This document shows positions 20,579 through 30,391 of a stretch of DNA of 64,000 nucleotides, piece by piece (the stretch's first letter is position 1; every line of letters begins with the position of its first letter). Location: the IMG/VR virus record IMGVR_UViG_3300011871_000002, positions 32,001 through 96,000 of that record. The stretch is one strand, 5' to 3'. A program made the translations under genes and the position numbers. Under the pieces are notes generated by a model that had not been told where the DNA came from, did no database searches, and saw only the letters and a program-made list of their open reading frames with translations. Origin of the DNA: a virus. Its lineage: Duplodnaviria; Caudoviricetes.

Positions 20579-21370
20579 ATGAAAAATTCTGTACGTTTCG
20601 CCTGTACGTCGCTCAAGGGCACGAACAAGGTGGGCATCCTGCCGGTGGATGAGAACGGTTACCGCACCATGATTGTGGGTGCGCTCAACATGTTCAACTC
20701 GGCAGGTGAACTGTATGTGGCGCAAGAAGCCAAGGAACTGTTCGAAGGTTCCAGCGCGTTCATGCGCCGTGTAGCGCGGGGTGTGCTCAAAGCTGAGTAC
20801 GGTCACCCCAAGCTGCTGCCTGGCCAGTCGGAGCGCTCGTTTGCAGCGCGCGTGCTGAACATCGACGAAGACCGCGTCTGCGCCCACCACAAGGAATTGT
20901 GGCTGCAAGACATGACGGGACCTGACGGTCGTCCGGTTCTGGCGATCATGAGTAAAGTCGGTGTGAGTGGTCCTTTTGGCGCCACGCTGGAACGTTCCCT
21001 GAACAACAAGGATGAGAACGTCTGCTTCTCGATCCGGGCGTTCACGGACGACCGCATGATCGGCGGCATCAACCACCGCACCCTGCGCCAGATCATCACG
21101 TTTGACTACGTGAACGAACCGGGTATGTCGGTGGCAGAGAAGTTCAAGTCGCCAGCGCTGGAAGCGTTCGGCAAGACCATCATCGACCCGAGCCAGTTCA
21201 CGACCGACTACGAGCGCACCATCACGCGCAGCATGCTCGAAGCCGGTCTGGCGGAAGACACCAAAAATGGTGTGGCAACCGAATCGGTTCTCCTGACCGC
21301 GGCTGATCTGTACCGCACCATGGGTTGGGGTCCGGTGAAACAAGAAGCACCGATCTGGTCCAAATGGTGA
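20579..21370 (+). CDS. Prohead (head maturation) protease, phiKZ gp175/T4 gp21-like
   Basis: AEYGHP (His), FSIR (Ser), TFDYVNEPG (Asp) motifs; synteny. Confidence 0.88.
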   Translation: MKNSVRFACTSLKGTNKVGILPVDENGYRTMIVGALNMFNSAGELYVAQEAKELFEGSSAFMRRVARGVLKAEYGHPKLLPGQSERSFAARVLNIDEDRVCAHHKELWLQDMTGPDGRPVLAIMSKVGVSGPFGATLERSLNNKDENVCFSIRAFTDDRMIGGINHRTLRQIITFDYVNEPGMSVAEKFKSPALEAFGKTIIDPSQFTTDYERTITRSMLEAGLAEDTKNGVATESVLLTAADLYRTMGWGPVKQEAPIWSKW

Positions 21371-21376
21371 TAGCGT

Positions 21377-21410
21377 AAAAGGGAGGCTTCGGCCTCCCTT
21401 TTTTATGCCG
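21377..21410 (+). terminator. Intrinsic terminator ending in TTATGCCG
   Basis: AAAAGGGAGGC-TTCG-GCCTCCCTTTTTT then ATGCCG. Confidence 0.85.
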
Positions 21411-21425
21411 GATCAAAAAAATCAT

Positions 21426-21438
21426 AACCACATATCAC
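21426..21438 (+). promoter_or_regulatory. Putative early promoter motif AACCACATATCAC
   Basis: Recurs at 40864, 47052, 55544, 58226; resembles the phiKZ early consensus TATATTAC. Confidence 0.7.
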
Positions 21439-21525
21439 CGCATTGTCCTAAAGCGAATGAAGGATTTTTTTACCACGTTGCTACCGTGTTATGAGTTACA
21501 ACCTTTTCTGAGGAACCCTGAAAGA

Positions 21526-22095
21526 ATGATCAAGAATCCATTGAATGTCTTGGTGCTCGACGGCACCATGTACGACATCGCGAAAGTAAAGAACGCCACG
21601 GGTATCGTGGTGGAGATCGACCGCGCTGAACTCAATACCGACATCAACTGTTCGGAAATCGAGTTCGGTCTGCACGCGCTCGTTATCGAGCGCGCAGCGG
21701 AAGGCCAGGTCCAGAAGCTCGGCGAGAACGCCCAACTGTACGAACCCAGCAAGGACGATCACGTGGTGGCCATCAAGTACAAACGCAGCTTCCTGCTGCT
21801 GCTCGGCCACCAGCGGGTCGAAGGCGGCATCAGCGCCAAGGTGAAGGTGTTCCTCACCAGTACCGTGGCGCTCAAAAATGCCCGCGCCAAGATCGACACC
21901 ACTGCACCAGCCGCAGCAGCGAAACCGATCCCGGCACCAAGCCACCCGTCGGAATTTCGCAATGCACCGCGTATCGTGACCGCTAACAGCACCGCGCACG
22001 TCCGTATCGAGCCGCGCAAGGAACCCTGGGGCGGTGAAAAGAAAGTCAAGCACTACGGCGGCCGCCCTCGCAACGGCCTCGTCGGCAAATCGTAA
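21526..22095 (+). CDS. Hypothetical protein
   Basis: ATG 21526 after GAGGA; codon bias. Confidence 0.7.
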   Translation: MIKNPLNVLVLDGTMYDIAKVKNATGIVVEIDRAELNTDINCSEIEFGLHALVIERAAEGQVQKLGENAQLYEPSKDDHVVAIKYKRSFLLLLGHQRVEGGISAKVKVFLTSTVALKNARAKIDTTAPAAAAKPIPAPSHPSEFRNAPRIVTANSTAHVRIEPRKEPWGGEKKVKHYGGRPRNGLVGKS

Positions 22096-22173
22096 TTCGT
22101 AGCACCTGTAGCACCCTCTTAGCAGTACCCATCGACCCGTAAGGGCATTAACCACCTGAAGAAGGAAAGAAAC

Positions 22174-22701
22174 ATGAACACCGAAACCAACGAAACCGCA
22201 GCAAGCGAAGTCGTCGTCAAAGAAGTCGTCGAAATGAAGATCACCGCACCGACCGACAAGCTCAACGCCGAGACCCGCCACATCGCCCAAGCCGCCAACA
22301 CCGCCATCACCGGCAAGATCGACAGCAACGGCGTCGGCAAGCTCGACAAGGACGTGTACCTGACCCAGATGCTGACCGACGGCCTGGACGAAGCCAGCGT
22401 GCGCCGCTTCACCGGCCACCACCGCAACGCCATGGCCGGCCTGGCCCTGGGCGTGGGCGAACCGGCCCTGCAATTCATGCAGGACAACCCGGACGTGAAC
22501 GTCGTGCGCGTGGACATCCCCACCGTCGACAAGGACTACTACTCGGTCAAGGTCACCAAGCAACGCGACGTCGCCGGCACCACCAGCTACGGCCTGGTGC
22601 AGGTCTCGCACGAGATGCACGGTGGCGGCAAGGAAGACCAGCTGGTCCAGGTCAAGTCGATCATCGGCAACAAGGCCCGCGAGATCTGGAGCAAGATGTA
22701 A
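22174..22701 (+). CDS. Hypothetical protein, probably highly expressed
   Basis: 175 aa; extreme C/G third-position bias; leader GGAAAGAAACATGAAC shared with phuZ. Confidence 0.8.
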   Translation: MNTETNETAASEVVVKEVVEMKITAPTDKLNAETRHIAQAANTAITGKIDSNGVGKLDKDVYLTQMLTDGLDEASVRRFTGHHRNAMAGLALGVGEPALQFMQDNPDVNVVRVDIPTVDKDYYSVKVTKQRDVAGTTSYGLVQVSHEMHGGGKEDQLVQVKSIIGNKAREIWSKM

Positions 22702-22712
22702 TCCGACCTGGT

Positions 22713-22755
22713 CGGCATAAAGGAAAACCCTCATCCTTCGGGGTGAGGGTTTTTT
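22713..22755 (+). terminator. Terminator preceded by CGGCATAA
   Basis: AAAACCCTCATCC-TTCG-GGGTGAGGGTTTTTT. Confidence 0.8.
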
Positions 22756-22793
22756 GTCGGCTTATGTTTTTTCATTAAGAATAGGAAAGAATC

Positions 22794-23513
22794 ATGGACA
22801 AGAACGACGAACAACCACATGATGCACGCAAAGCCAGCGCAGGCGCTCAAAATACCGCCGCACCCGAAAAGAAAGAAGCAAGGTGGGAAATCCCATACCA
22901 AGCATGGCCAGTGACGAGCATGAATGTCGAGTTCGTGACCAATCTCGGCTTCAAGCACGCCGGCGTGGCGGTCGTGGTCAATAACGGCAATGAACGCCCT
23001 GGACCGCAATTCTCCTACGGCGGCCGCGCCATGGGAGAAGTGGTCCTCATGGCTGAAGATTCCGAACAGCCCGAATACTTCACCCGTCACCAAGTCGAGA
23101 AGTGGCGCGAAACGGAGCAGTTTCCGAAAAGGCGCCTCCTCGGCCGCTTCACCGAAGTTGAACGTCAGCACGCTGGCGTCCTCGGTCAGCTGTTTGCCAC
23201 GTACTTCGCCCTGCGCATGCGCGAAAAGCTGAAGGATACCGACGGCAGTCGGGGTGAAGTACGCGTGGGTGACTGCCTGCACTTCAAGGAAGTGGATGGT
23301 CGGGACATGTGGGAAACCGATGCCTACTTCTATGCTCTCGCCGGATCATTCCATGTGCGCTTCACCGAATTTACCAATTCGGAGGAAGTCACGATCGAGG
23401 TGCTGAGCGCCCCGGTTCATACGCTTCCTGCAATGACCTGGGCTGGATTCAAGCAGGTTGCGATCGTGTGCGAAAAACTGGCGCGTCTCGCGCTCGGTGA
23501 GCAGCAACAATAA
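22794..23513 (+). CDS. Hypothetical protein
   Basis: 239 aa, AGGA RBS. Confidence 0.7.
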   Translation: MDKNDEQPHDARKASAGAQNTAAPEKKEARWEIPYQAWPVTSMNVEFVTNLGFKHAGVAVVVNNGNERPGPQFSYGGRAMGEVVLMAEDSEQPEYFTRHQVEKWRETEQFPKRRLLGRFTEVERQHAGVLGQLFATYFALRMREKLKDTDGSRGEVRVGDCLHFKEVDGRDMWETDAYFYALAGSFHVRFTEFTNSEEVTIEVLSAPVHTLPAMTWAGFKQVAIVCEKLARLALGEQQQ

Positions 23514-23564
23514 TCGATACCAAGAACGGGGCATCTTGCCCCCTTCTTTTTTTAGGAGAATACC

Positions 23565-24272
23565 GTGGCATTGGATGCAAACAAAAATATCGACGGCGAA
23601 TTCGTGGGTCGCTTCGATGCAGGTACCAAAATCGAAGTCGATGCCAATGCGCTGCTCGACCTGCTCAACGCCAACCTGTCCGGTCAAACGCACCGCGTGC
23701 TGGAACTGTTCGTGCTGCGCAACCACCACGATAGCGCCGTGCGCAAACTGCACGACGATGTGTTGAAACACACGGTGGCCAGTAACGGCATCACCTTGGA
23801 AGAACCACAAGATGGGGACGAGGTGACGCTTGAAGAATTGGTGTCGGCCACCAAAGAAAGGCAAGGGTCGGTACTCAACGACTTCGTCGGCGACATGATG
23901 GATATCGTCAGCGTTTATCCCAAGTCGCTTCCGATTCGAAACCTCGGCCAAGCGGAAGAAATCGATATCGCGGGCACCTATCCGACCGCATTCCCGAGTG
24001 GCTTCATGGAATGGGAAATCGTGAAGAGAAAAGACGGCAACCGGTTCTTCCTCGGTGGGGAGAAATTCGTGGAATTCGCCGTGCTGGTGAAAAGTCGACC
24101 GGAACACGGCCTGCTGTTCTTGGGCACCACGGATGACTTCTCGCTGACCTGGACAGCGCCCATCGAGCTGCTCGATGATGTGGAATCGACTGGTACCTAT
24201 CTTCACGAATCACTGAAGGGCCAGATGATCGCCGCATACGAAACACTGGTCGGGCGGCAAGATCTGCAATGA
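23565..24272 (+). CDS. Hypothetical protein
   Basis: 235 aa, GTG start with AGGAG RBS. Confidence 0.7.
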   Translation: MALDANKNIDGEFVGRFDAGTKIEVDANALLDLLNANLSGQTHRVLELFVLRNHHDSAVRKLHDDVLKHTVASNGITLEEPQDGDEVTLEELVSATKERQGSVLNDFVGDMMDIVSVYPKSLPIRNLGQAEEIDIAGTYPTAFPSGFMEWEIVKRKDGNRFFLGGEKFVEFAVLVKSRPEHGLLFLGTTDDFSLTWTAPIELLDDVESTGTYLHESLKGQMIAAYETLVGRQDLQ

Positions 24273-24670
24273 CTAGACGCATTCTCGTTTGGACCGCCCA
24301 AATTGCCAAGCACCGTCGTGCAAAAGCGCTGGGCGTGTTCTTTCTCGATTCGACCGCGATGAGCGGAAATAAGGCATTTGCGCCAGAGATGCGTAATGTC
24401 TTGCGGTATAAGAACAATGAGCTGGATGAAGAAGACTACACCAAGCTCTATGTGGCCAAGATGCGGCACTCAGTCATGACCAAAAATAGCGAGTGGGAAA
24501 AGCTTCTTGGTCATGACAAATTCATCATTGCCTGTTACTGCCGAGCTGGCAATTTCTGTCACCGGCACATCTTGCTCGACTTGTTCACGAAGTACGCAGC
24601 AACACAAGACACCGAAGTCATCAACATGGGTGAATTCTTGGAAGACGCTGATCTATCCAAGCAACCGTAA
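24269..24670 (+). CDS. DUF488-like protein
   Basis: FAP...YTKLY and IIACYC...FCHRHIL motifs; ATGA overlap with the upstream gene. Confidence 0.65.
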   Translation: MTRRILVWTAQIAKHRRAKALGVFFLDSTAMSGNKAFAPEMRNVLRYKNNELDEEDYTKLYVAKMRHSVMTKNSEWEKLLGHDKFIIACYCRAGNFCHRHILLDLFTKYAATQDTEVINMGEFLEDADLSKQP

Positions 24671-24709
24671 CTAAATTTCGGATCATTTTTAACTACTTAG
24701 GAGCACACC

Positions 24710-24982
24710 ATGGCAAACTCGACTTTCTTCCTCGACAACCTCAACTTCATCATCGGCGGCATTCTCCTTACGCTCTGGATGCTGTTCGGCTGCATCATGT
24801 ACGAATCGCGTGAAGACGATGTGAAAGTCATCGTCGATGCGCGTCAAGCGCGCTTCAAAGAAGACAAGGCCTATCGCAAGGCACTCGTCCTCGACTGGCT
24901 GGCATTCGTGGTACTGGGACCGTTCGCCCGGATCGCAGTGCACTACAAAGCCAAGAAAGCCCGCACGTACCTCTCGGCATAA
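24710..24982 (+). CDS. Small membrane protein
   Basis: 90 aa, two hydrophobic segments, AGGAG RBS. Confidence 0.7.
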   Translation: MANSTFFLDNLNFIIGGILLTLWMLFGCIMYESREDDVKVIVDARQARFKEDKAYRKALVLDWLAFVVLGPFARIAVHYKAKKARTYLSA

Positions 24983-24994
24983 AAGGAGAAAACA

Positions 24995-25237
24995 ATGAAT
25001 ACCCCTGACATCGTCATCGGCGCCATCATCTACTTGTTTATTGGCGTTTTCTGGTTGGTGAAGTTTGGCATCCATACCGTCGGCAGCATCATCATGATTG
25101 AGGTATCCGGTTACAAGCTCTACGGCGCGCTGATGCGCCTGCTGTGCTTGCTCCTTTGGCCGATCCACAGAATCGTCTCGACCCTGATGCTGCTGGCTTA
25201 CATGAAGTACAAGAAGATCCCTATCAAAAAAGAGTAG
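24995..25237 (+). CDS. Small membrane protein
   Basis: 80 aa, hydrophobic, LLWP motif, AGGAG RBS. Confidence 0.7.
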   Translation: MNTPDIVIGAIIYLFIGVFWLVKFGIHTVGSIIMIEVSGYKLYGALMRLLCLLLWPIHRIVSTLMLLAYMKYKKIPIKKE

Positions 25238-25272
25238 TAGGGAAAAGATCACTGTCAATAAGGAATCAAGAA

Positions 25273-25788
25273 ATGTACACAGTAGAAAAGTATCCTGCCG
25301 TAGTAGGGATGCAATCGCTCATCGGGGTTGGTGGTAAAGCACCCCACCGGTGGGGCAATTACTTTGCCCTTGCCGTGCCAGAAATCCGGGTGCTGAACTT
25401 CTGGGCTGAGAATCTCAAGGCGGCAGTAAAGCAGGGCATCCTGAGCGACGGGTACGTTCAGGTTCGTGTGTATACCTGGGAAAAAGAAGGCCAGACCTAT
25501 AAAGCCTGTATCGTCGATGATCCCCGTATTCCACAGGACTGGTACTACAACAAACTCTGCTATACAGGGTCCAGAAAGCCGCCGGTCGAAATCGCCAAGG
25601 AAATCTACGACTACCTTGGTGACCCCGATAACGAGCTGGAACAGTTCACCGATCCAGCAATGTACCACGCCAAGCGCGGCTGGGAGTATAACGAGCGGGG
25701 GTTTGTTTCGTACTGCTTGGGGTCAGATCGTAAGACAACAGAACAACTGGTGGAAGAACTGCTTAAGAAAAGAAAGGAAGTACAATGA
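25273..25788 (+). CDS. Hypothetical protein
   Basis: ATG 25273 after AGGA; 171 aa. Confidence 0.65.
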   Translation: MYTVEKYPAVVGMQSLIGVGGKAPHRWGNYFALAVPEIRVLNFWAENLKAAVKQGILSDGYVQVRVYTWEKEGQTYKACIVDDPRIPQDWYYNKLCYTGSRKPPVEIAKEIYDYLGDPDNELEQFTDPAMYHAKRGWEYNERGFVSYCLGSDRKTTEQLVEELLKKRKEVQ

Positions 25789-26102
25789 CCACGATGCGCG
25801 ATGACCAAATCACGGACTTCAACAAAGAATTTCTCCGATACCTCCGTAGCGAAGGAGAGTTGCCGCGTGAAATCCGTGAAGAGCTGCAAGAAGCAACCAG
25901 CGTGGCAATACAGTCGACGCCGACCACGCTGGTAATCCATATCGTCAGTAAAAACGGCACCCAGACTGCATATCGTTTTTCCTGTGGCTCCAGTCCAGAC
26001 TTAGTAATAATGAAAGCTCCGGACAGCACGCCTTCCGATTATCGCAACTGTAATCAAATCGCGGGCGACAACATGCTAAACTTCAGGCCGCATTTAGAAT
26101 AA
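25785..26102 (+). CDS. Hypothetical protein
   Basis: 105 aa, ATGA coupling, AAGGA RBS. Confidence 0.6.
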   Translation: MTTMRDDQITDFNKEFLRYLRSEGELPREIREELQEATSVAIQSTPTTLVIHIVSKNGTQTAYRFSCGSSPDLVIMKAPDSTPSDYRNCNQIAGDNMLNFRPHLE

Positions 26103-26104
26103 AA

Positions 26105-26158
26105 CGGCATAAAAGGAAAAAAGAGCAGAGCCCCGCAAAGGGCTCTGCTCTTATGCCG
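26105..26158. terminator. Bidirectional terminator clamped by CGGCATAA/TTATGCCG
   Basis: AAGAGCAGAGCCC/GGGCTCTGCTCTT stem between convergent genes. Confidence 0.85.
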
Positions 26159-26194
26159 CGAAGAAAGGACGTGTCCTTTTTTTTCTTTGGCTGT

Positions 26195-27070
26195 TTACAG
26201 ACGAACTGCGCGTGCGCCCAGGTTTTCGACGTTGGCTTTGTAGCCAGCGGCGGCGGCCTGGACAGCAGCGTCGATCTGGGTCACGAACGCCGGACGGTTG
26301 TACGGGTTTGCGCCGGTGATCTGCACGCTACGCAGGATGTCGCGTGCGAACGCTTTCACGCCCGCACCTTGCTGGGTCAGCGCCGCGAACGAGATGTCCA
26401 CGGTACGGGTGTCCGACGCCTGGGTCAGGTCACGCTTGGCGGTCATCTCGCCCGTGCTCTTCGGCCAGAAGTTGGTGGTGAGGTACGCTTGCACCGGGTT
26501 CAGCATCGTCGCGTCCGGCTCGACCCACAGGACCGTACCTGCGTACAGGTCAGCCAGTTGGTCAACTGGGCGGTTGATGCCAGCCATGGTCATGATGTCC
26601 GGATACTGGGTATGCGGGTTCATCATGAAGGTACGGATGAAGTTCGACCAGAAGTTACCGATCGACATGCCGTACTTCTCGATCCAGGTACCTTGCGGCT
26701 GGGTACGCTGCTCGTTGGCCTTGGTGAAGTCCTCGAACATCTGGCCCGCACCGCCGACCGGATTTTCCACCACGTCCAGCTCGATGCCGGAATTGAAGCC
26801 GGTCCACGATTGGGCGTGCAGTTCGATGACAGCCTTGTACGCTTGAATCCACGCACGGCGGTCAGCATCCGGCAGGAAATCGAAACCTTTTGGGGTTTGG
26901 ATCACGAACGGGATGAGGTTCTTCTGGATGTACGCTTGCGCGCTGATCCACTCGGCCCAGTCCGGCGACAGGCCGTTCATGCCGCCGTATTTGGGGTCCA
27001 GGGCGCTGTTGAGCATACCCGTGGTCGGGCCTACGCCCGTTTTCATCAGGGTGTCTGCGAAACGGCTCAT
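26195..27070 (-). CDS. Tail tube protein (phiKZ gp30-like)
   Basis: 291 aa, coupled to the sheath gene; strong codon bias; WIEKYG and NFWPKSTG motifs. Confidence 0.8.
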   Translation of the reverse strand: MSRFADTLMKTGVGPTTGMLNSALDPKYGGMNGLSPDWAEWISAQAYIQKNLIPFVIQTPKGFDFLPDADRRAWIQAYKAVIELHAQSWTGFNSGIELDVVENPVGGAGQMFEDFTKANEQRTQPQGTWIEKYGMSIGNFWSNFIRTFMMNPHTQYPDIMTMAGINRPVDQLADLYAGTVLWVEPDATMLNPVQAYLTTNFWPKSTGEMTAKRDLTQASDTRTVDISFAALTQQGAGVKAFARDILRSVQITGANPYNRPAFVTQIDAAVQAAAAGYKANVENLGARAVRL

Positions 27071-29160
27071 GCCGATGCTCCTTCAGTCAGTGCTTCGATG
27101 CGTTGACCCTCGATGGACAGCGTCTGGACCGTCTTCATGCCTGGGGCACCGATGACGATCTTCGTTGTCCAGCTGTAGCCACGGGCTTCGTCGTGCGCCG
27201 TGATGTACGCTTGGGGCTGGATGATGAAGCGGTTGTCGTAACGACCGGCGATGCGCTCGGTCATGAACTTGTTGACCTCGGTGACGAATTCGAGGTTGGT
27301 CAGGTCCGAACGGCCGCTGAACTTGCGACGGGTTTCTTCACCGATGACTTGCAGGTCGGCGATCGCGAGCATGGTGACGAACGAATTCAGCACCGAGTCG
27401 TCGCGGTCGTAGACGGTCTGGAAGGCCGGGAAGTAGTACAGCGTACGGTCGAACGATTCCGGGGTCACGAGGCCGACCATCCAGTTGGCATCGCGGGTGT
27501 CGTCCGAACGCGCATTCACGTTCAGGTCCGTGAACAGCTTGATGTCGCGGCCCGAATCGACGTCGAAGCGGGCAGCCGACTTCCAGTTGCCGTCGCCAGC
27601 GCCGGTGTACTCGGCGACCTTGTCCAGCAGTTCCAGGGTCAGCGGCAGGTGCTGACGCACGGCGCTATTCATCAGGCGGCCCGAACCACCGATGAGGATA
27701 CCGCGCATGGTCGAGGTACCGAAGTACTCCGATTCCGGGTAGTTCTGGATGTGGGCCAGCAGCGTCGATGCCATCGCGGTCTCTTCAGCCGCAGTGAGCG
27801 GCCGGGCGCCGAACACGTGGGTGCTGAGGCCGACCCAGGTGTTCTTGCGCTGGGCGAGGATTTGGCACAGGGCCTTCTTCGTTTCCAGCGGGAAGCCCGA
27901 GTCGTAGATGCACGAATACGGGTACTTGGCCAGGTCCTTCAGCGGGCTGGCCGGGTTGGCGAACTCGGCGCAGGCTTCCTTGACCAGATTGGCGTACACC
28001 TCGTTGTTCATGGTACCGTCGGTACCGCCGGTGGCCATCAGGTTGCTGTTCTCGGCCAGGCGCACCGCGCCGCCCGTACCGGTAACGATCTGGTAGGTGT
28101 GGTACGGCACGCCGGTGGACGTGGTGCCGCCGAACAGGTTGAAGCGGTGCTTTTCGTCGCTCGAACCATCGAAGTCGCTGAACGGATTGGCGATCGCGGC
28201 TTCTTTCGGATACACCATGTTCAGCAGGGTCTCGACTTGGTTGTCGTAGATGTGGATCTCGCTGAGCGGGCTGTAACGCACGGCACCTTCGGCGGCGTTC
28301 AGGTTCTGGTAGTTTTCCAGGAAGATGTCGCCCAGGTACAGTTCCTTGTCCTTGCTGCGAACGAAGGCGCCCGGCTTGAGCGAGAAGTCGATGAATTGCA
28401 CGCCCGAGCGGGTCGAGACGATACCCGGTCGCGACAGTTCATCGACACGCTCCACCAGCGACAGGCGGTACGGGAAGATTTTCTCTTCCTCGACGATCGA
28501 TGGATCGATCGGATTGCGGCCGCCGGTGGTCGGCGACCACAGACGCAGGCCGGCGTTGTTGCCGCCTTCGCCGAAGAACGGTGCGCGCAGGTCGAGCAGC
28601 GGGTAACGCGAAGACTGGGTTTCGGTGTCTTCGTCGGTCTGGTCACCGGCGGTAACAGTGGCTTTGCCGAAACCATCGGAACCGTCGAGGGCAGCGGTAA
28701 CCTGGGTCAGGAGGAACTTGACCTTGAAGCCGTCGATCGGGGCACCATTCGGTACCGGTGCGCCAGCGACGAGTTTGATGCTGCCGTCGTCGTTACGCTG
28801 GTAATCCTGGACTTTGGTGGGGAGCACGTCGGCCCACAGTCGTACCGACGCAGGCGGCGCCGCGTCGACCGGTTGCAGGCGCTTGACGAACATCGAACCG
28901 GCGCGAGCGTTGTTGCGTTTTGCGAACTCCGTGGCGTGCGTCGCGAACTTCTTGCGCGTGTCGAAGGTGTTGGCACCGAAGATCGTCATCGCTTCGGTAG
29001 CGGTCACGAAAGTAGGTTCCAGCGGTCCTTTCTCTGCGAACAGAAAGAAGAACGGAACATGCTGCGGACGCGACTCCTGTACTGCCGGCTGTGGCCGGGT
29101 ACTGTTGTCGTCCGTACCGAGCATTACCGAACGAGGAGTGGCGCGGATAATAGTATCCAT
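27067..29160 (-). CDS. Contractile tail sheath protein (phiKZ gp29-like)
   Basis: 697 aa; N-terminal FAEKGP; YDSGFPLETKK; sheath-like C-terminus; strong codon bias. Confidence 0.88.
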   Translation of the reverse strand: MDTIIRATPRSVMLGTDDNSTRPQPAVQESRPQHVPFFFLFAEKGPLEPTFVTATEAMTIFGANTFDTRKKFATHATEFAKRNNARAGSMFVKRLQPVDAAPPASVRLWADVLPTKVQDYQRNDDGSIKLVAGAPVPNGAPIDGFKVKFLLTQVTAALDGSDGFGKATVTAGDQTDEDTETQSSRYPLLDLRAPFFGEGGNNAGLRLWSPTTGGRNPIDPSIVEEEKIFPYRLSLVERVDELSRPGIVSTRSGVQFIDFSLKPGAFVRSKDKELYLGDIFLENYQNLNAAEGAVRYSPLSEIHIYDNQVETLLNMVYPKEAAIANPFSDFDGSSDEKHRFNLFGGTTSTGVPYHTYQIVTGTGGAVRLAENSNLMATGGTDGTMNNEVYANLVKEACAEFANPASPLKDLAKYPYSCIYDSGFPLETKKALCQILAQRKNTWVGLSTHVFGARPLTAAEETAMASTLLAHIQNYPESEYFGTSTMRGILIGGSGRLMNSAVRQHLPLTLELLDKVAEYTGAGDGNWKSAARFDVDSGRDIKLFTDLNVNARSDDTRDANWMVGLVTPESFDRTLYYFPAFQTVYDRDDSVLNSFVTMLAIADLQVIGEETRRKFSGRSDLTNLEFVTEVNKFMTERIAGRYDNRFIIQPQAYITAHDEARGYSWTTKIVIGAPGMKTVQTLSIEGQRIEALTEGASA

Positions 29161-29379
29161 GGTGGTATCCTGTCACTGGTGAATAAATGGTATGGTTTCT
29201 TGGACGATGCTTTGCATCATAATAATCTAAATTTTTACTGCCTGTGCCGCGGACATAAAGCAGCCGCCGCCCGGTAAAATAAATAGGCCGAAAACGTATT
29301 TATTTAACATAGGATGCTGCAAAACACGTGGTATCTTGCCGTCATCGTTTTAGTACAACTCTTTTCAGGAATAAAGATC

Positions 29380-30330
29380 ATGACGATTTATCGTACCCCT
29401 TACGCCACTTCCCAGTGCGAAGGTTTCGCACCTGGCGTGAGTAAGACCCAAGTGCAGCTCAAGGCGGCCGCCGCGACCGGTGCACTGAACTACATCGCGC
29501 CGAATCTCGTGGTGGTGGAAGATGGCGACAACTACCGCAACGCGATCCCAAGTTTTACCCATCCGATGCTGCTGGACCCGAAGCAGTCGGGAGAGAAAGA
29601 AGCACGCCCCACGCTGGCCATGGACGCGCGCCCCTTTGGTCAGTGGAGCCGCAACCAAGAAGCATTCATCGTGCGCAACGAATCGGAAATGAACATGGCC
29701 AAACTGCGCCTGCGCCTCAGTTCGATCTGGCTGGGTGAAGAACGCAACTACCTGCGTAACGTATCGGCGATTCCGGTCAAGATGTTCACCAGCTGGATCA
29801 GCGAAGGTCTGCAACGCAAGTTCGCGCTTGAACCAATCGACCAAATGCGCCTGTCGATCTTGTCCGGTATCTTGTACAACTCGAATTTCAGCGACGCGAC
29901 GGATCTGGACGAAACTGACAAGGTGCGCGCCGCCGGCTCCCTCGGCCGTGACCTCGGCATCGATGTCAAGGAAATCCTGACGGTGATGGACAAGTATCCC
30001 GTGCTCCCCTCGATCGACGCCTTCTGCCGGGCAGCGGGTGACGTGGTGGGTGTGCGACTGCAAGAGTTGAACCGTGGCGTGCTGTACGCGTCGCTCGGTG
30101 GTTCGTGGTTCGGCTACAACTTCAAGGAAATCCTGGCCGTCGCACTCGAACACCCGCCGACTTGGCTGGCCATCGTCTACACTGCCGGCAGCGACCGTAG
30201 CTACCGTAACACTGGCCTCATGCGCCTGTTCGAACGGGTCAGCCGCGGTGGCGCCGACCAACTGTTCTACGGCTCGATCAAAAAACTGGTGGAGAATTTC
30301 GCACCACTGAACGAATCGCTGAGCGAATAA
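29380..30330 (+). CDS. Virion structural protein (phiKZ gp28-like)
   Basis: Divergent from the sheath gene; ALEHPPTW motif; synteny. Confidence 0.7.
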   Translation: MTIYRTPYATSQCEGFAPGVSKTQVQLKAAAATGALNYIAPNLVVVEDGDNYRNAIPSFTHPMLLDPKQSGEKEARPTLAMDARPFGQWSRNQEAFIVRNESEMNMAKLRLRLSSIWLGEERNYLRNVSAIPVKMFTSWISEGLQRKFALEPIDQMRLSILSGILYNSNFSDATDLDETDKVRAAGSLGRDLGIDVKEILTVMDKYPVLPSIDAFCRAAGDVVGVRLQELNRGVLYASLGGSWFGYNFKEILAVALEHPPTWLAIVYTAGSDRSYRNTGLMRLFERVSRGGADQLFYGSIKKLVENFAPLNESLSE

Positions 30331-30391
30331 TTCTTTTGCCACTCTGTTGCGTTAAGCAATAGGGTGGCTTTTTTTCTGTCAAAGGTTCGTC

